DNA of 64,000 nt from Henriciella sp. Its GTDB lineage: Bacteria; Pseudomonadota; Alphaproteobacteria; Caulobacterales; Hyphomonadaceae. Shown piece by piece: positions 37,367 through 48,132 of this stretch. Where the stretch lies: contig OZ244132.1 of NCBI GenBank assembly GCA_965215955.1, positions 1,452,323 to 1,516,322 on the forward strand. Reading direction: 5' to 3'. The translations under genes and the position numbers were made by a program. The stretch's first letter is position 1, and the number at the start of each line of letters is the position of its first letter. The notes below the pieces were generated by a model that worked only from the letters and a program-made list of their open reading frames with translations, was not told the origin of the DNA and did not search any database.

Positions 37367-39310
37367 ATGACAGACTCAGCTATCTATCCCGTCCCTGCCG
37401 ATTTTGCCTCGAAGGCCAATCTGACGCCAGAAAAGTATCGTGAGATGTATGCAGCCTCGATAGCTGATCCGGAAGCGTTCTGGGGCGAGCATGGCAAACG
37501 CTTGGATTGGTCAAAGCCTTACACGATGGTCAAAGATGTATCGTGGGATAAGTCTGATCTGCATGTGCGCTGGTTCAGCGATGGCGAGCTGAATGTCTCT
37601 TACAATTGCATCGACCGACATCTCGCAACCCGCGGTGACAAAGTTGCTCTGATCTGGGAGGGCGATGATCCGGCCGACGACGCCGAGGTCACTTACAATC
37701 AGCTACACAGCGCCGTCTGTCGGTTCGCGAATGTGCTGAAAGACATGGGCGTCAAAAAGGGTGATCGCGTCACCATCTATATGCCGATGATCCTGGAAGC
37801 GGCCTATGCGATGCTGGCCTGTGCGCGGATTGGCGCAGTGCACTCGATTGTGTTTGGCGGCTTTTCACCTGAGGCGCTGGCCGGCCGGATCACGGATTGC
37901 GACAGCCAGTTCATGATCACCGCCGATGAAGGCATTCGCGGCGGACGGATTGTGCCGCTGAAGAAGAATGCGGACGCGGCCTGCGAGCTTGCGGGCGGGA
38001 TGGTCGAAAAAGTCCTCGTCGTGAAACGCACCGGCAATTCGGTGAACATGCAAGACGGCCGCGATATCTGGCTGCACGAAGCTGGCGCAGATGTCAGCAG
38101 CGATTGTCCGCCTGAGCCGATGAACGCGGAAGACCCACTCTTCATCCTGTATACGTCCGGCTCGACCGGCAAACCGAAAGGCGTTCTGCACACCACCGGC
38201 GGGTATCTGGTCTGGGCGTCGATGACGCATGAATATGTCTTCGATCTGAAAGAAGACGATGTCTATTGGTGCTCGGCCGATGTCGGCTGGGTCACTGGGC
38301 ACAGCTATATCGTCTATGGCCCGCTCGCCAATGGCGCGACCAGTATGATGTTTGAAGGCGTGCCGACCTATCCGGACGCAAGCCGCTTCTGGCAGGCTTG
38401 CGATAAGCATCGCGTCACCATTTTCTACACCGCGCCGACCGCGATCCGCGCCCTGATGCGTGAGGGTGAGGGGCCGGTGAAATCCACCAGCCGGTCGACC
38501 ATCCGTCTGCTTGGCTCGGTCGGTGAGCCGATCAACCCGGAGGCTTGGGAATGGTATTACAAGACCGTCGGCGATAGCCGCTGCCCGATCGTCGACACCT
38601 ATTGGCAAACTGAGACAGGGGCTTGCATGATGGTGCCATTGCCAGGGGCCACGGATCAAAAACCTGGCGCGGCGAGCCATCCTTTCTTTGGGATCGAACC
38701 GAAACTGGTTGATGCTGAGGGTGCAGAGCTCACCGGCGCAACCGAAGGCAATCTGATCATCACCAATAGTTGGCCGGGCCAGATGCGGACCGTCTATGGC
38801 GACCATCAGCGCTTCATCGATACCTATTTCTCAACCTATCCCGGGGCTTACTTCACCGGCGATGGCTGTCGCCGCGATGAAGATGGGTTCTACTGGATCA
38901 CAGGCCGTGTGGATGACGTGATCAATGTCTCGGGCCACCGCATGGGCACTGCGGAAGTGGAAAGCTCGCTGGTCGCGCATGATGCCGTCGCAGAGGCCGC
39001 CGTGGTCGGCTATCCGCACGAGATCAAAGGACAGGGCATCTATGCCTATGTCACCCCGGTCGCGGGCATTGAAGCGGATGATGAGCTGAAAAAGAGCCTC
39101 GTCCAGCACGTACGCACTGAGATTGGCCCAATCGCCAGCCCGGACCTGATCCAGTTCGCCACCGGACTACCGAAAACGCGGTCCGGCAAAATCATGCGCC
39201 GCATCTTGCGCAAGATTGCTGAGGACAGTTTCGAAAATCTCGGCGATACATCCACACTCGCCGAACCTGAAGTCGTTCAAGATCTCATCGATAACCGGCA
39301 GAACCGATAG
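37367..39310 (+). CDS. acs: Acetyl-CoA synthetase (AMP-forming)
   Basis: [68 protein letters not shown]. Confidence 0.97.
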   Translation: MTDSAIYPVPADFASKANLTPEKYREMYAASIADPEAFWGEHGKRLDWSKPYTMVKDVSWDKSDLHVRWFSDGELNVSYNCIDRHLATRGDKVALIWEGDDPADDAEVTYNQLHSAVCRFANVLKDMGVKKGDRVTIYMPMILEAAYAMLACARIGAVHSIVFGGFSPEALAGRITDCDSQFMITADEGIRGGRIVPLKKNADAACELAGGMVEKVLVVKRTGNSVNMQDGRDIWLHEAGADVSSDCPPEPMNAEDPLFILYTSGSTGKPKGVLHTTGGYLVWASMTHEYVFDLKEDDVYWCSADVGWVTGHSYIVYGPLANGATSMMFEGVPTYPDASRFWQACDKHRVTIFYTAPTAIRALMREGEGPVKSTSRSTIRLLGSVGEPINPEAWEWYYKTVGDSRCPIVDTYWQTETGACMMVPLPGATDQKPGAASHPFFGIEPKLVDAEGAELTGATEGNLIITNSWPGQMRTVYGDHQRFIDTYFSTYPGAYFTGDGCRRDEDGFYWITGRVDDVINVSGHRMGTAEVESSLVAHDAVAEAAVVGYPHEIKGQGIYAYVTPVAGIEADDELKKSLVQHVRTEIGPIASPDLIQFATGLPKTRSGKIMRRILRKIAEDSFENLGDTSTLAEPEVVQDLIDNRQNR

Positions 39311-39326
39311 GGCTGTGCGGGGCGTA

Positions 39327-40892
39327 CTAGCCCCGCTCCACCCGTACAAAGGTCATGGCGAACGCGGCGAGGCAGAAGCTGACGGCGCCAAATAGAACCG
39401 CGAGCAAGGGTACACCGCCGACTGCTGGTGCGACGCTTGTCTCAAGCGATCTTAAAATTGGGCCCATGGTTCCGCCGACCAGGATCTGTGGGAGCACGAT
39501 GAAGAAATTGAAGATCCCCATATAGATGCCCATTTTCCGAACCGGCAGGGCGTCGGCCAAAATCGCGTAGGGGAGCGCTAAAATAGATCCCCAAGCCATG
39601 CCGAGGCCGATCATCGGGATCAGCAATCCATATTGAGATGAGAACAGGTGATAGCCAATGAAGCCGGCGGCGCCTGCCAGCAGATTGAAGGCGTGGAGGC
39701 TGCGCGGGCCAACGCGTCGAGCGATTCCGGCAATGACAAACGCATACAGCGCTGCAACACCGTTTTGTACGGCGAACATAATCCCAACCCAATCGCCGGC
39801 ATCTTGATAGGCTTTCGAGCTGGCATCTGCGGTTTCCCACGCCTGCAGGGCGACGGCTGGGGTGGTGTAGATCCACATGATGAAGAGCCCCACCCAAGAG
39901 AAGAATTGCACGAAGGCCAGGCGCTTCATCACACTAGGCATCGTCGTCAGGTCGCCCAAAACATCAGATAGGAAATTGCTGGCATTCCGGTCGGTTTTGA
40001 CCAGTTGGCTGTTCCATAAATAAAGTGCGCCCAGGAAGATCAGGCCGCCACCGAGAATGTAGAATTGCTGGTCACCATTTGCGAAATAGACGGCCGCTGT
40101 GAAGGCTGCGCCTATTGCTGCGATGATGAGGCCCCATTTCGAGAAGAAGCTGGCCGCTGGCCGCTCGTCTTTCTCGATGCCACCTTCTTGCTCAAAGATA
40201 TTGTCTTCGTCTTTGCCAAAGGCTTCGAGCTCATCCGGTGAGTATTCTTTGGTTGTAAACACCGTCCACATGACGGCCATGAACAGCGCTGCGCCGCCGA
40301 TATAGAAGGACCATTTCACATTGTCGGGGATGACGCCGTCTGCGGCTTCGTTCGAAACACCGAGCGCGTTGAAAACGAATGGCGCAATCGAAGCGAGCAC
40401 GGCGCCGGCGCCAATGAAGATAGTCTGCATCGAATAGCCGAGCGGGCGCTGTTTACTGGGCAGCATATCACCCACAAAGGCTCGGAACGGCTCCATCGTA
40501 ATGTTTAAGCTGGCGTCCAGGATCCAGAGCGTTCCAGCCGCGACCCAGAGCCAAGGTGAGTTCGGCATGATGAAGAGGGCAAGCGTGGTCAGGATCGCAC
40601 CAACCAGGAAGTAAGGCCGGCGTCGACCAAGTGGCCCCCAGGTCTTGTCACTGAAATAGCCAACAATCGGTTGCATGATCAGGCCTGTGATCGGGCCTGC
40701 AAGCCAGAGCAGGGGCAGGGTGCTCATATCCGCCCCGAGGGTTTGGAAGATCCGGCTGACATTGCCATTCTGGAGCGCGAAACCAATTTGGATCCCGAAG
40801 AATCCGAAGGACATGTTGATAATCTGAAACAGATTGAGCTGGGGCTTTCGACCTGAGTCTTGCGCGCTCACGGCGCCTCCTGAGACTGCCAT
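39327..40892 (-). CDS. MFS/GPH (SLC45/MalY-like) maltose-type transporter
   Basis: NMSFGFFGIQIGFALQNGNVSRIFQTLG, QPIVGYFSDKTW...GRRRPYFL, MEPFRAFVGD, MGIYMGIFNFFIVLPQ. Confidence 0.92.
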   Translation of the reverse strand: MAVSGGAVSAQDSGRKPQLNLFQIINMSFGFFGIQIGFALQNGNVSRIFQTLGADMSTLPLLWLAGPITGLIMQPIVGYFSDKTWGPLGRRRPYFLVGAILTTLALFIMPNSPWLWVAAGTLWILDASLNITMEPFRAFVGDMLPSKQRPLGYSMQTIFIGAGAVLASIAPFVFNALGVSNEAADGVIPDNVKWSFYIGGAALFMAVMWTVFTTKEYSPDELEAFGKDEDNIFEQEGGIEKDERPAASFFSKWGLIIAAIGAAFTAAVYFANGDQQFYILGGGLIFLGALYLWNSQLVKTDRNASNFLSDVLGDLTTMPSVMKRLAFVQFFSWVGLFIMWIYTTPAVALQAWETADASSKAYQDAGDWVGIMFAVQNGVAALYAFVIAGIARRVGPRSLHAFNLLAGAAGFIGYHLFSSQYGLLIPMIGLGMAWGSILALPYAILADALPVRKMGIYMGIFNFFIVLPQILVGGTMGPILRSLETSVAPAVGGVPLLAVLFGAVSFCLAAFAMTFVRVERG

Positions 40893-40904
40893 ATTGATCC
40901 TCCG

Positions 40905-42323
40905 CTACATTTTATCTTTGTTTGAAATCAGAACTTTGCCTTGCCAAGCCTCGAGCGAGCCCTCGCTGCCGAGCGCAAGGGTTTCGGGCGTCCCGGTTAA
41001 GGCATCGACCCATTCGCCTGCGACTGGGCCATCGGTCAATTCATAAGCTGCGCGGGTCGCTGATAGGTTGAAAAGCACGACGACCTGATTGCCGTCTTTT
41101 TCTCTCGAAAAGCTCAGTACCTGACTCGGGTTGTCAGTTGAGACTGGAATGATCCGACCTCCCGCAGCGCCATTGTGGAGCGCGGGATTGGCTTTTTTGA
41201 TCGCGATCAACTGTTTGATCAGCGCGCCATCGGAATGAGAGTAATCGCCCCATACGATTGGATCGCGCTCGAAAAATTCAAGCTGGTTCTGATTGCCAAC
41301 TTCTTGACCATTATGAATCAGCGGAATGCCTTCGCTAACGAATGAGAGCGTCAGCATAGCGTGATAAGCGTCGCCATAAATCGCACCGGTTGAACCGTCC
41401 CAGGCGTTTTGGTCATGGTTCTCCGTGTAGAGCATGCGATAAGCATCGAGCGGCCAAGTGGAGATTTGTTCGCTGAGATATCCACGCAAGTCGCCTGCAT
41501 CCGACTGCCCCTTGGCGATGCGCTGGGCGGCTTCTTTCCAATGCCAGGCATAGGTCGCGTCAAACGCGTTGCGGTGTAGGTCTCTTTGTTGCCACTCGGC
41601 GAGCATGAAAACTGGTTTGATCGTGTTGAGTTCGGCGCGGACGGTTTCCCAAAAATCGAGTGGGACAAAACCGGCCACATCGGCGCGGTATCCATCGACA
41701 TCGAACTTTTCGACCCAATAGCGCAGCGCCCGCGTTTTGTAGGCGCGCAGATCTGGGTTGTCATAGTTGAGGTCAATGATGTCGGCCCAGTCTGTCCAAG
41801 GCGTCGGGTGGAAGTCACCTTTCCAGTCGGTTTCGTACCAATCCGGATGCTGCGTCACGAGGGGATTGTCCCAGGCGGTATGGTTTGCCACCCAGTCCAA
41901 AATCACTTTGAAGCCATGTTCATGCGCGGCGGTGACAAAGGCACGAAACTCTTCTTCGGTTCCAAATTCCGGGTTCACGCCGAAATAATCCTTCACCGCA
42001 TAGGGGCTGCCGAGGCTGCCTTTGCGATTGATCTCGCCAATCGGGTGGATCGGCATTAGCCATAGGATGTCGACCCCCAATTCTTTTAGTCGCGGAAGGT
42101 GAGCTTGTGCCGCTTTGAATGTACCTTCAGGCGTGAATTGGCGCGTATTGATCTGATAGATCACTGCATCACGCGCCCATTCGGCATGTTCGATCTGGAC
42201 ATAGGGTGTCGGCGCATAGGCATTTTGTGAGTCTAAATTTGCATAATTTTGCGAAACGAGAGGAGATTGTGCGCATGCTGCTGTGGCAAAAAGCAAAATC
42301 AACGTGATGGCGCGTGCAATCAT
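40905..42323 (-). CDS. GH13 alpha-amylase family lipoprotein
   Basis: Lipobox ATAAC, IYQINTRQFT, DWVANHT, GYRADVAG (nucleophile), LAEW, YTENHD. Confidence 0.92.
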   Translation of the reverse strand: MIARAITLILLFATAACAQSPLVSQNYANLDSQNAYAPTPYVQIEHAEWARDAVIYQINTRQFTPEGTFKAAQAHLPRLKELGVDILWLMPIHPIGEINRKGSLGSPYAVKDYFGVNPEFGTEEEFRAFVTAAHEHGFKVILDWVANHTAWDNPLVTQHPDWYETDWKGDFHPTPWTDWADIIDLNYDNPDLRAYKTRALRYWVEKFDVDGYRADVAGFVPLDFWETVRAELNTIKPVFMLAEWQQRDLHRNAFDATYAWHWKEAAQRIAKGQSDAGDLRGYLSEQISTWPLDAYRMLYTENHDQNAWDGSTGAIYGDAYHAMLTLSFVSEGIPLIHNGQEVGNQNQLEFFERDPIVWGDYSHSDGALIKQLIAIKKANPALHNGAAGGRIIPVSTDNPSQVLSFSREKDGNQVVVLFNLSATRAAYELTDGPVAGEWVDALTGTPETLALGSEGSLEAWQGKVLISNKDKM

Positions 42324-42467
42324 TCTAACTTATCCTCCCTGTAGCGCTTTTATAATAACGCTATCGTATATTGTCGTATAAAGCCTAGTTTGGCCGCTTT
42401 GGCAATTTTTGCCTTGAATAAATGTCGGTTGACCTGCTGGATATCTTTGGGGAGTATGGTCTACGAA

Positions 42468-42483
42468 TTGCAAAAATTTGCGG
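42468..42483. promoter_or_regulatory. Candidate LacI operator, copy 1 (TTGCAA-N4-TTGC)
   Basis: TTGCAA-AAAT-TTGCGG in the GH13/GH15 divergent spacer. Confidence 0.45.
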
Positions 42484-42493
42484 GAGATGGTGC

Positions 42494-44911
42494 GTGACTG
42501 TGATCCGATCAGTTTTGATGGCGAGCGCTGTGCTGTGCATGGGGGCATGTTCGGGTGGGGCGCCGGTAGCTTCGCAAATGGCGCCGGGCGCGCCTGGGGC
42601 GCCAGCGACATGGTCAAACGCAGAGAAAACCGCGATCGGGACGTCGTACGAGGCTTATGACGCCGAGGGACAATTCTCCGACGAAAGCCTAACGGCCCCC
42701 ATTTCAAAGCTTTGGTTCTCTCTCGGAAAAGATCGAGTGACCGAGGTCATGTGGGGGCTCATCCATGAGGCTCAGATTCGTGAAATCCGCTTCCTGCTCG
42801 CTGGTCCGGATGGGGTGGTTGAGCCGAGTGAAGCGAGAGTTCATGTCGATGGTGAGGTTCTGCCAACTTCGCCAACACCGAGCCTTGAGCTGACCTATCC
42901 TGGAATGGACCAGACGGTAACAATCACGGTTTTTACGGATCCTGACCGAGACGCGTTGATCGTGAATGCGGGACTTGCCCGCGCGCTGCCGGATGGCGTT
43001 CGGTTCTACGCTTACATCGACGCCGCGATGGCCAATACGGGTAGCGGTGATCAGGCACAGGTTGTTGCTGGCGGCCTGCATGCGCACGAAGATAACGCGC
43101 ATCTGTTTGCGCGCCTCGCGGCTGGAGCTGCAACTGAGGCCAGTGTCGGTTACGTCGGATCATCAGATGGCATGGCAGATCTCAGCGATGGTCATCTTGA
43201 TGCGCCTTACTCCGCCGCGTTGGAGGCTGGAAATGTAGCGGGCGTGATCGCGTTCGAATTCGATGAAGGTGGCGCTGTTGAAACGGCGTCTCCTGCGACC
43301 CAGGGGTTGGCGCTGGGTTCAACTCTGGTCATCGGCTTTGGGGAATCGGAGGAGACGGCCAAGGCGGCTGCGGGTGCAGCTGCGGTCGTGCCGATGGCTG
43401 AGATCTACACAAAATACGCTTCGCAATGGCAGGCCTATCTTGAGGGGCTGGAGCATCTGCCGGAACTTGCGTCTGCATCGGGAGATGGCGGTGCGCTCGC
43501 CTACATGTCCGCAATCAATCTCAAGATTATGGAAGATAAAACCCATGCCGGCGCCTTGATCGCGTCACTGTCTAACCCCTGGGGCGAGACCGCCCCGGCG
43601 GATCAGCCTCAAACCGGCTATAAGGCGGTCTGGCCGAGAGATTTCTTCCAAGTCGCCTCAGCGTTCTCCGCGATGGGCGATGAAGAAACGGCCCGCGCTG
43701 CGTATCGCTATCTCCCAACCGTTCAGGTCACGGACGAGACGCCCGGCAATTCTGGGGTTACCGGCTGGTTCTTGCAAAAAACCCATGTCGATGGCGAGGT
43801 TGAGTGGGTCGCGATTCAGCAAGATCAAACGGCGATGCCGATCATGCTCGGTTGGAAGCTATGGCAAGATGGCGTGCTGTCTGACGCGGAGATTGCCGAG
43901 TCTTATCGAACGATGCTGAAGCCTGCCGCAGATTTTCTCGTCAATGGCGGGCGTCCGAACATCCTCTGGAATGCAGAGTTCGAGGCCTCCCTTGGGTATA
44001 CGCAGCAAGAGCGCTGGGAAGAGCAGGAAGGGTATTCGCCTTCGACTGTGGCGGCGGTGATATCTGGGCTGGTGACGGCTGCGGATCTGGCTGAGCGTTT
44101 CGGTGATCCAGCTGATGCTAGGAACTATCTGGACGCGGCAGACAGGCTCGAGGATAATCTCGAAGCTTGGATGTTCACGACCATTGGTGACCTCGGAGGC
44201 GGTGAATATTTCATTCGGATCACGCAGAACTCTGACCCGAATGACAAGGCATCGCTGGGTGACAATAATGGGCGTCCTGGCCTGCCGGAGGATCAGATTG
44301 TCGATGGTGGATTTCTGGAGCTGGTGCGCTACGGCGTTCGGGCCTGGGACGCGCCGAGTATTCAATCGACGCTCGCCGTCCTTGATGCGCCGCACCCTGA
44401 CAATCTTCGCGTGCGGTATGAATTCGAAAACGGCCACGTTGGTTGGCGCCGCTATGGCAATGACGGGTACGGCGAAGATGGCGATACAGGCACGAACTAT
44501 CACGAGATTGATGGCGGCAATACGCCGGGTCAGCGCGGGCGCGTTTGGCCGTTCTTTTCAGGCGAGCGCGCGCATTATGAGATCGCGAAACTTGAAAGCT
44601 TGCTCGAAGTTTTTGGTGCCCAGCATCCGGAGGTGGCTCAGGCTAAGTCCGAAGTGAAGCGTCTGATTTCAAGTATGGAAGCGTTCGCCAATGGTGGCTT
44701 GAGTTTGCCGGAACAAGTTTGGGATGGGGTTGGGTCAAACCCGTTTGGTTATGAGCTGGGAGAGGGGACCAATTCGGCGACGCCGCTGGCCTGGACGCAT
44801 GCCGAATACATCAAGCTTCTAAGGTCCTATGTCGATCAAGCGGTATGGGATCGTTACCCAGTCGTCGAGGAGCGGTTCGAAAACAGCGATGCGAACCGGG
44901 CTCAGGACTAA
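42494..44911 (+). CDS. GH15 glucoamylase/glucodextranase-like lipoprotein (likely GTG start 42494)
   Basis: RBS GGGAG, lipobox CMGAC, N-terminal glucodextranase-like domain, GYKAVWPRD, QERWEEQEGY, YGNDGYGE, LPEQVWDG, PLAWTHAEY. Confidence 0.9.
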   Translation: MTVIRSVLMASAVLCMGACSGGAPVASQMAPGAPGAPATWSNAEKTAIGTSYEAYDAEGQFSDESLTAPISKLWFSLGKDRVTEVMWGLIHEAQIREIRFLLAGPDGVVEPSEARVHVDGEVLPTSPTPSLELTYPGMDQTVTITVFTDPDRDALIVNAGLARALPDGVRFYAYIDAAMANTGSGDQAQVVAGGLHAHEDNAHLFARLAAGAATEASVGYVGSSDGMADLSDGHLDAPYSAALEAGNVAGVIAFEFDEGGAVETASPATQGLALGSTLVIGFGESEETAKAAAGAAAVVPMAEIYTKYASQWQAYLEGLEHLPELASASGDGGALAYMSAINLKIMEDKTHAGALIASLSNPWGETAPADQPQTGYKAVWPRDFFQVASAFSAMGDEETARAAYRYLPTVQVTDETPGNSGVTGWFLQKTHVDGEVEWVAIQQDQTAMPIMLGWKLWQDGVLSDAEIAESYRTMLKPAADFLVNGGRPNILWNAEFEASLGYTQQERWEEQEGYSPSTVAAVISGLVTAADLAERFGDPADARNYLDAADRLEDNLEAWMFTTIGDLGGGEYFIRITQNSDPNDKASLGDNNGRPGLPEDQIVDGGFLELVRYGVRAWDAPSIQSTLAVLDAPHPDNLRVRYEFENGHVGWRRYGNDGYGEDGDTGTNYHEIDGGNTPGQRGRVWPFFSGERAHYEIAKLESLLEVFGAQHPEVAQAKSEVKRLISSMEAFANGGLSLPEQVWDGVGSNPFGYELGEGTNSATPLAWTHAEYIKLLRSYVDQAVWDRYPVVEERFENSDANRAQD

Positions 44912-45858
44912 TCTTCTGCCAGCAAGAATGTGAGGATCTCATCGGCGCGCGCGGCCCAAGCGCCCTCACTGTGGTCTGTCCCAGGATAAGAGCGGAAGAT
45001 CGCTCGGTCTTCCTCCCAGCCATTGTTGCGGAACCAGGTCTCCATTGCGGTGGCATGCGGCGGATAGGCGGCGTCCAGAGTTTCGGTTCCGTGATCAAAC
45101 CAAATCACTTGCCTGCGCGGGTCGAGCGCGCTGGTCGCAAGATAGTCCTGCATCACAGCATCAGCTTGCTTTGAAATCGCGCTGCCTGGATCGGCGAGCG
45201 GCCAGTGAATGGAGACCGCCGCGGCTTTGCTAAACGTGTCCGGATACTCAGCCATGGCGTAGAGGGAGATCAGGCCGCCCATGCTGGATCCCATGATCAT
45301 GGTGTTCTCTCGGTCGGGCAGGGTGGCGTATGTGCGATCTATGAACGGCTTTAGCTCTTCGGTGATAAAGCGCAAATAGGCATCGCCTTTGAGGTCAGGA
45401 GGCGTTTCACCGAGCCATTCCGACGAGGTATCGCCGGTGAGGCGCTCAATCACTTTTTGTGGGGCATATTCCTGCCAGCGTTGGTCGGTGTTCCAGATCC
45501 CGACAATGATGGCGGGTCTCACGTCGCCATCGCGCATGAGGTGGGTCGCGGTTTCATCCAGGCCCCATTCGACGCCGCCATAAGAGTGGCTGGGTTCAAA
45601 CAGGTTTTGCCCATCGTGGGCGTATATCACCGGGTAGCGCTGGTCGCTGTCGGCCTGATAGTTTTCTGGAAGCCAAATCGTGATGTTGCGCGATTTAACG
45701 AACGCGGACTCAAAGTCTGTGTGTTCGATCAGTTGGGCTCGGTTTGTGGGTAGGGGTTGCTCGACAGTGTCGGTTTCTGCGGGCGTCTCGGTGGTCGCAG
45801 ATTGAGAGCAGGCAGCGAGCGCTACGAGTGATCCAAGGATGGGGTAAACAAGTCGCAT
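44908..45858 (-). CDS. Alpha/beta-hydrolase esterase (Fes/IroE-like) lipoprotein
   Basis: Lipobox ALAAC, YPVIYAHDGQNLF, GSSMGG nucleophile elbow, DHGTETLD, HSEGAW. Confidence 0.85.
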   Translation of the reverse strand: MRLVYPILGSLVALAACSQSATTETPAETDTVEQPLPTNRAQLIEHTDFESAFVKSRNITIWLPENYQADSDQRYPVIYAHDGQNLFEPSHSYGGVEWGLDETATHLMRDGDVRPAIIVGIWNTDQRWQEYAPQKVIERLTGDTSSEWLGETPPDLKGDAYLRFITEELKPFIDRTYATLPDRENTMIMGSSMGGLISLYAMAEYPDTFSKAAAVSIHWPLADPGSAISKQADAVMQDYLATSALDPRRQVIWFDHGTETLDAAYPPHATAMETWFRNNGWEEDRAIFRSYPGTDHSEGAWAARADEILTFLLAED

Positions 45859-45860
45859 AT

Positions 45861-47951
45861 TCAGTTCTGCTTTTCTTCGATGGGGCGGAACGAAATTGCC
45901 GCGCCGCCTCCCGGGGCAAGTCTGATAGAGAGCGTCTCGTTTGCTGAGACGATTTGGTCGGAAATCTCATACTCATAAGGGTTGGTGAGCCAGTCCGCGG
46001 ATGCGCCGTCTTGATAAATGCGCGCCTGGTACGTGCCAGCTCCAAGGAAGGTAAGCGGTAGACTCAGGGTGCGCGAGTCCTCATCCGCGACCGCGCCAAC
46101 ATACCAGTTTTCGGAATTGCGATCCTTGCGCGCCATCACTGCGAACGTGCCTGGATATCCGTCGAGCATGATTGACTCGCTCCAGTCCACCGGCACTTGT
46201 TTGATGAACTCAAATGCTTCCGGGCGCGCTTCATAATTGCGCGGCAGGTCAGCCGCCATTTGGATCGGGCTGTGCAGCAACACATAGAGCGCGAGTTGTT
46301 TGGCAAGCGTGGTCTGAACGCGCGGATCTTCCTCCACGGATTTGCCGAAGTTCAGATCAAAGATGCCCGGGGTGAAATCCATCGGTCCGGACAGCATGCG
46401 GGTAAAAGGTAGAATGGTCGTGTGTGCTGGATCATTCGGCGGTTGCCCCCAGGCATTATATTCTTGGCCCCGAGCGCCCTCGCGCGAAAAGGCATTTGGG
46501 TAGGTTCGCCGCAGGCCGGTATCTTTCACCGGTTCGTGGGCATTGATCGCGATCTTATGCTTCGCGGCCAGCTGAAGGGCGCGAAGGTGATGGTTCACGG
46601 CATATTGGCCGTCATGCCATTCCTTGTAGACTTTGCCGTCGGCATCGCGGCGCGTGATTTCTCCGCCATCAGCAACATAGCCGGTCTTGATTGCAGGTAT
46701 GCCGAGCGACTCATAGAGCGCGTAAGCTTCTGCCATTTGTTCTTCATAATTGGTGATGGCGCCGGAGGTTTCGTGGTGTCCGATCAGATAGACGCCGCGC
46801 TCTTTCGCGTATGCGGCGAGGGCTTCAATGTCGAAATCAGAATAGGCTTCGGTGAAGCTGAAGATCTCACCATTCGAGAACCAGTCGCCGTCCCAACCAA
46901 AGTTCCAGCCTTCGACCAGAACGCCGTCAAACCAATGCTCTGCTGCAAAGTCGATATAGGCCTTCGTGCGTTCGGTGGTGGCGCCGTGCTTTTCGCCGGA
47001 GCCCCAGGTGCATTCATTGATGTGCATGCACCACCATATGCCGACATATTTGCTCGGCTTTGCCCACGAAATATCGCCGAGAGCATTGGGTTCGTTGAGG
47101 TTCAAGATCAGGTCTGAATTGGCGAGTCCAGCGGCCGTGTCGGAGACCTGCAGGGTCCGCCAGGGCGTTTTGAAGGCGCCTTTGACTTTGACCTTTGTGC
47201 CATCTGACCAGGGCGCAAGTTCAGCTTCCAGCGTCCCGTGCCGGCGTTGGTTCAGCCACATGCCTGCATAATCCACCAGCGCGGCTTCGTGGATGGACAG
47301 GAACGGGCCTTGGTCGGGGAGTTCCAGCGTGATCGGTGTATGGGCGCGCGGGACAGCTTCAAGCTCGGTCTCGTGGTAGAGTTCTTCGTATCGGTTCCAA
47401 CCTGCGGCTGGAATCCACCAGGTCTTTGCGGCCGGATTGATGCGAAACTCGGTCAGTTCATCGGTGATCTCGCGATGTCCTGTGTCGGGAACTTCGTATC
47501 GAAACCCGAGGCCGTCATCATAGATTCGTGCGCGAAGAATAAATGCGGGAGATCCGTCTTCAAATGTGATTTCCGCGGCCAGCTCATTGTGGTGGTCGCG
47601 AACGAATTGGCGCTCTCCCCAGGGCTGCTCCCAGGTCTCATCGGCGGTCGAGTTTGTGACCGAGGTGATGGACAGGTTCTGGTTTAAGTCTCGCCCGGTT
47701 TTGAAGATGAGGCCGAGCGCAGAAGGTGATATGATTGTCTCGCCGCGCCAGTCTGCTTGCCAGGTCAGTTGACCGCCTTGAGCATTGAGGCTGAAATTGA
47801 GCTCGCCAGACGGGGACGCGGCGCTGGTTGTTTCGATGGTCTGTTGAGGGGTGCTATCGGCGGCTGCGGTGACGGGTGCGGGGGCGTCAATGATGCAAGC
47901 GGCCAAGCTTAGCGCTGCGAGTGTCGCGCCAGCGATCAGAGTCTTTCGCAT
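45861..47951 (-). CDS. GH97 alpha-glucosidase (SusB-like) lipoprotein (likely start 47951)
   Basis: Lipobox SLAAC, KYVGIWW, YIDFAAEH, VEGWN, GHHETSG, AHEP, REGARGQEY, GPMDFTPG. Confidence 0.93.
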   Translation of the reverse strand: MRKTLIAGATLAALSLAACIIDAPAPVTAAADSTPQQTIETTSAASPSGELNFSLNAQGGQLTWQADWRGETIISPSALGLIFKTGRDLNQNLSITSVTNSTADETWEQPWGERQFVRDHHNELAAEITFEDGSPAFILRARIYDDGLGFRYEVPDTGHREITDELTEFRINPAAKTWWIPAAGWNRYEELYHETELEAVPRAHTPITLELPDQGPFLSIHEAALVDYAGMWLNQRRHGTLEAELAPWSDGTKVKVKGAFKTPWRTLQVSDTAAGLANSDLILNLNEPNALGDISWAKPSKYVGIWWCMHINECTWGSGEKHGATTERTKAYIDFAAEHWFDGVLVEGWNFGWDGDWFSNGEIFSFTEAYSDFDIEALAAYAKERGVYLIGHHETSGAITNYEEQMAEAYALYESLGIPAIKTGYVADGGEITRRDADGKVYKEWHDGQYAVNHHLRALQLAAKHKIAINAHEPVKDTGLRRTYPNAFSREGARGQEYNAWGQPPNDPAHTTILPFTRMLSGPMDFTPGIFDLNFGKSVEEDPRVQTTLAKQLALYVLLHSPIQMAADLPRNYEARPEAFEFIKQVPVDWSESIMLDGYPGTFAVMARKDRNSENWYVGAVADEDSRTLSLPLTFLGAGTYQARIYQDGASADWLTNPYEYEISDQIVSANETLSIRLAPGGGAAISFRPIEEKQN

Positions 47952-47987
47952 GTCATCCTCCAGAGTTTTCCGCAGCCTACAGTAAAT

Positions 47988-48003
47988 TTGCAAATCATTG
48001 CAA
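47988..48003. promoter_or_regulatory. Candidate LacI operator, copy 2
   Basis: TTGCAA-ATCA-TTGCAA in the GH97/GH13 divergent spacer. Confidence 0.5.
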
Positions 48004-48132
48004 TTGAATATTTGGACGCGCAACTCTCAGGCTCCGAAATTCATGCAAGCGTAAGAATAAAGCCGGTTGTCAGGTTTGCAAAATAATGAAAACATGCTCA
48101 ACAGAAATTGAATAATGCATCGGGAGAGCGCA

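Noticed and set aside
37865-38806. 313-aa antisense ORF opposite acs, and many other 60-230 aa alternative-frame ORFs in the track
   Set aside because: They overlap well-supported genes, have Arg/Ser/Pro-rich low-information composition and show no family motifs, as expected at this GC content.
9631-44911. Repeated 4-bp convergent stop overlaps (9631-9634, 16499-16502, 44908-44911)
   Set aside because: These are common in compact bacterial genomes and are not evidence of a shared system.
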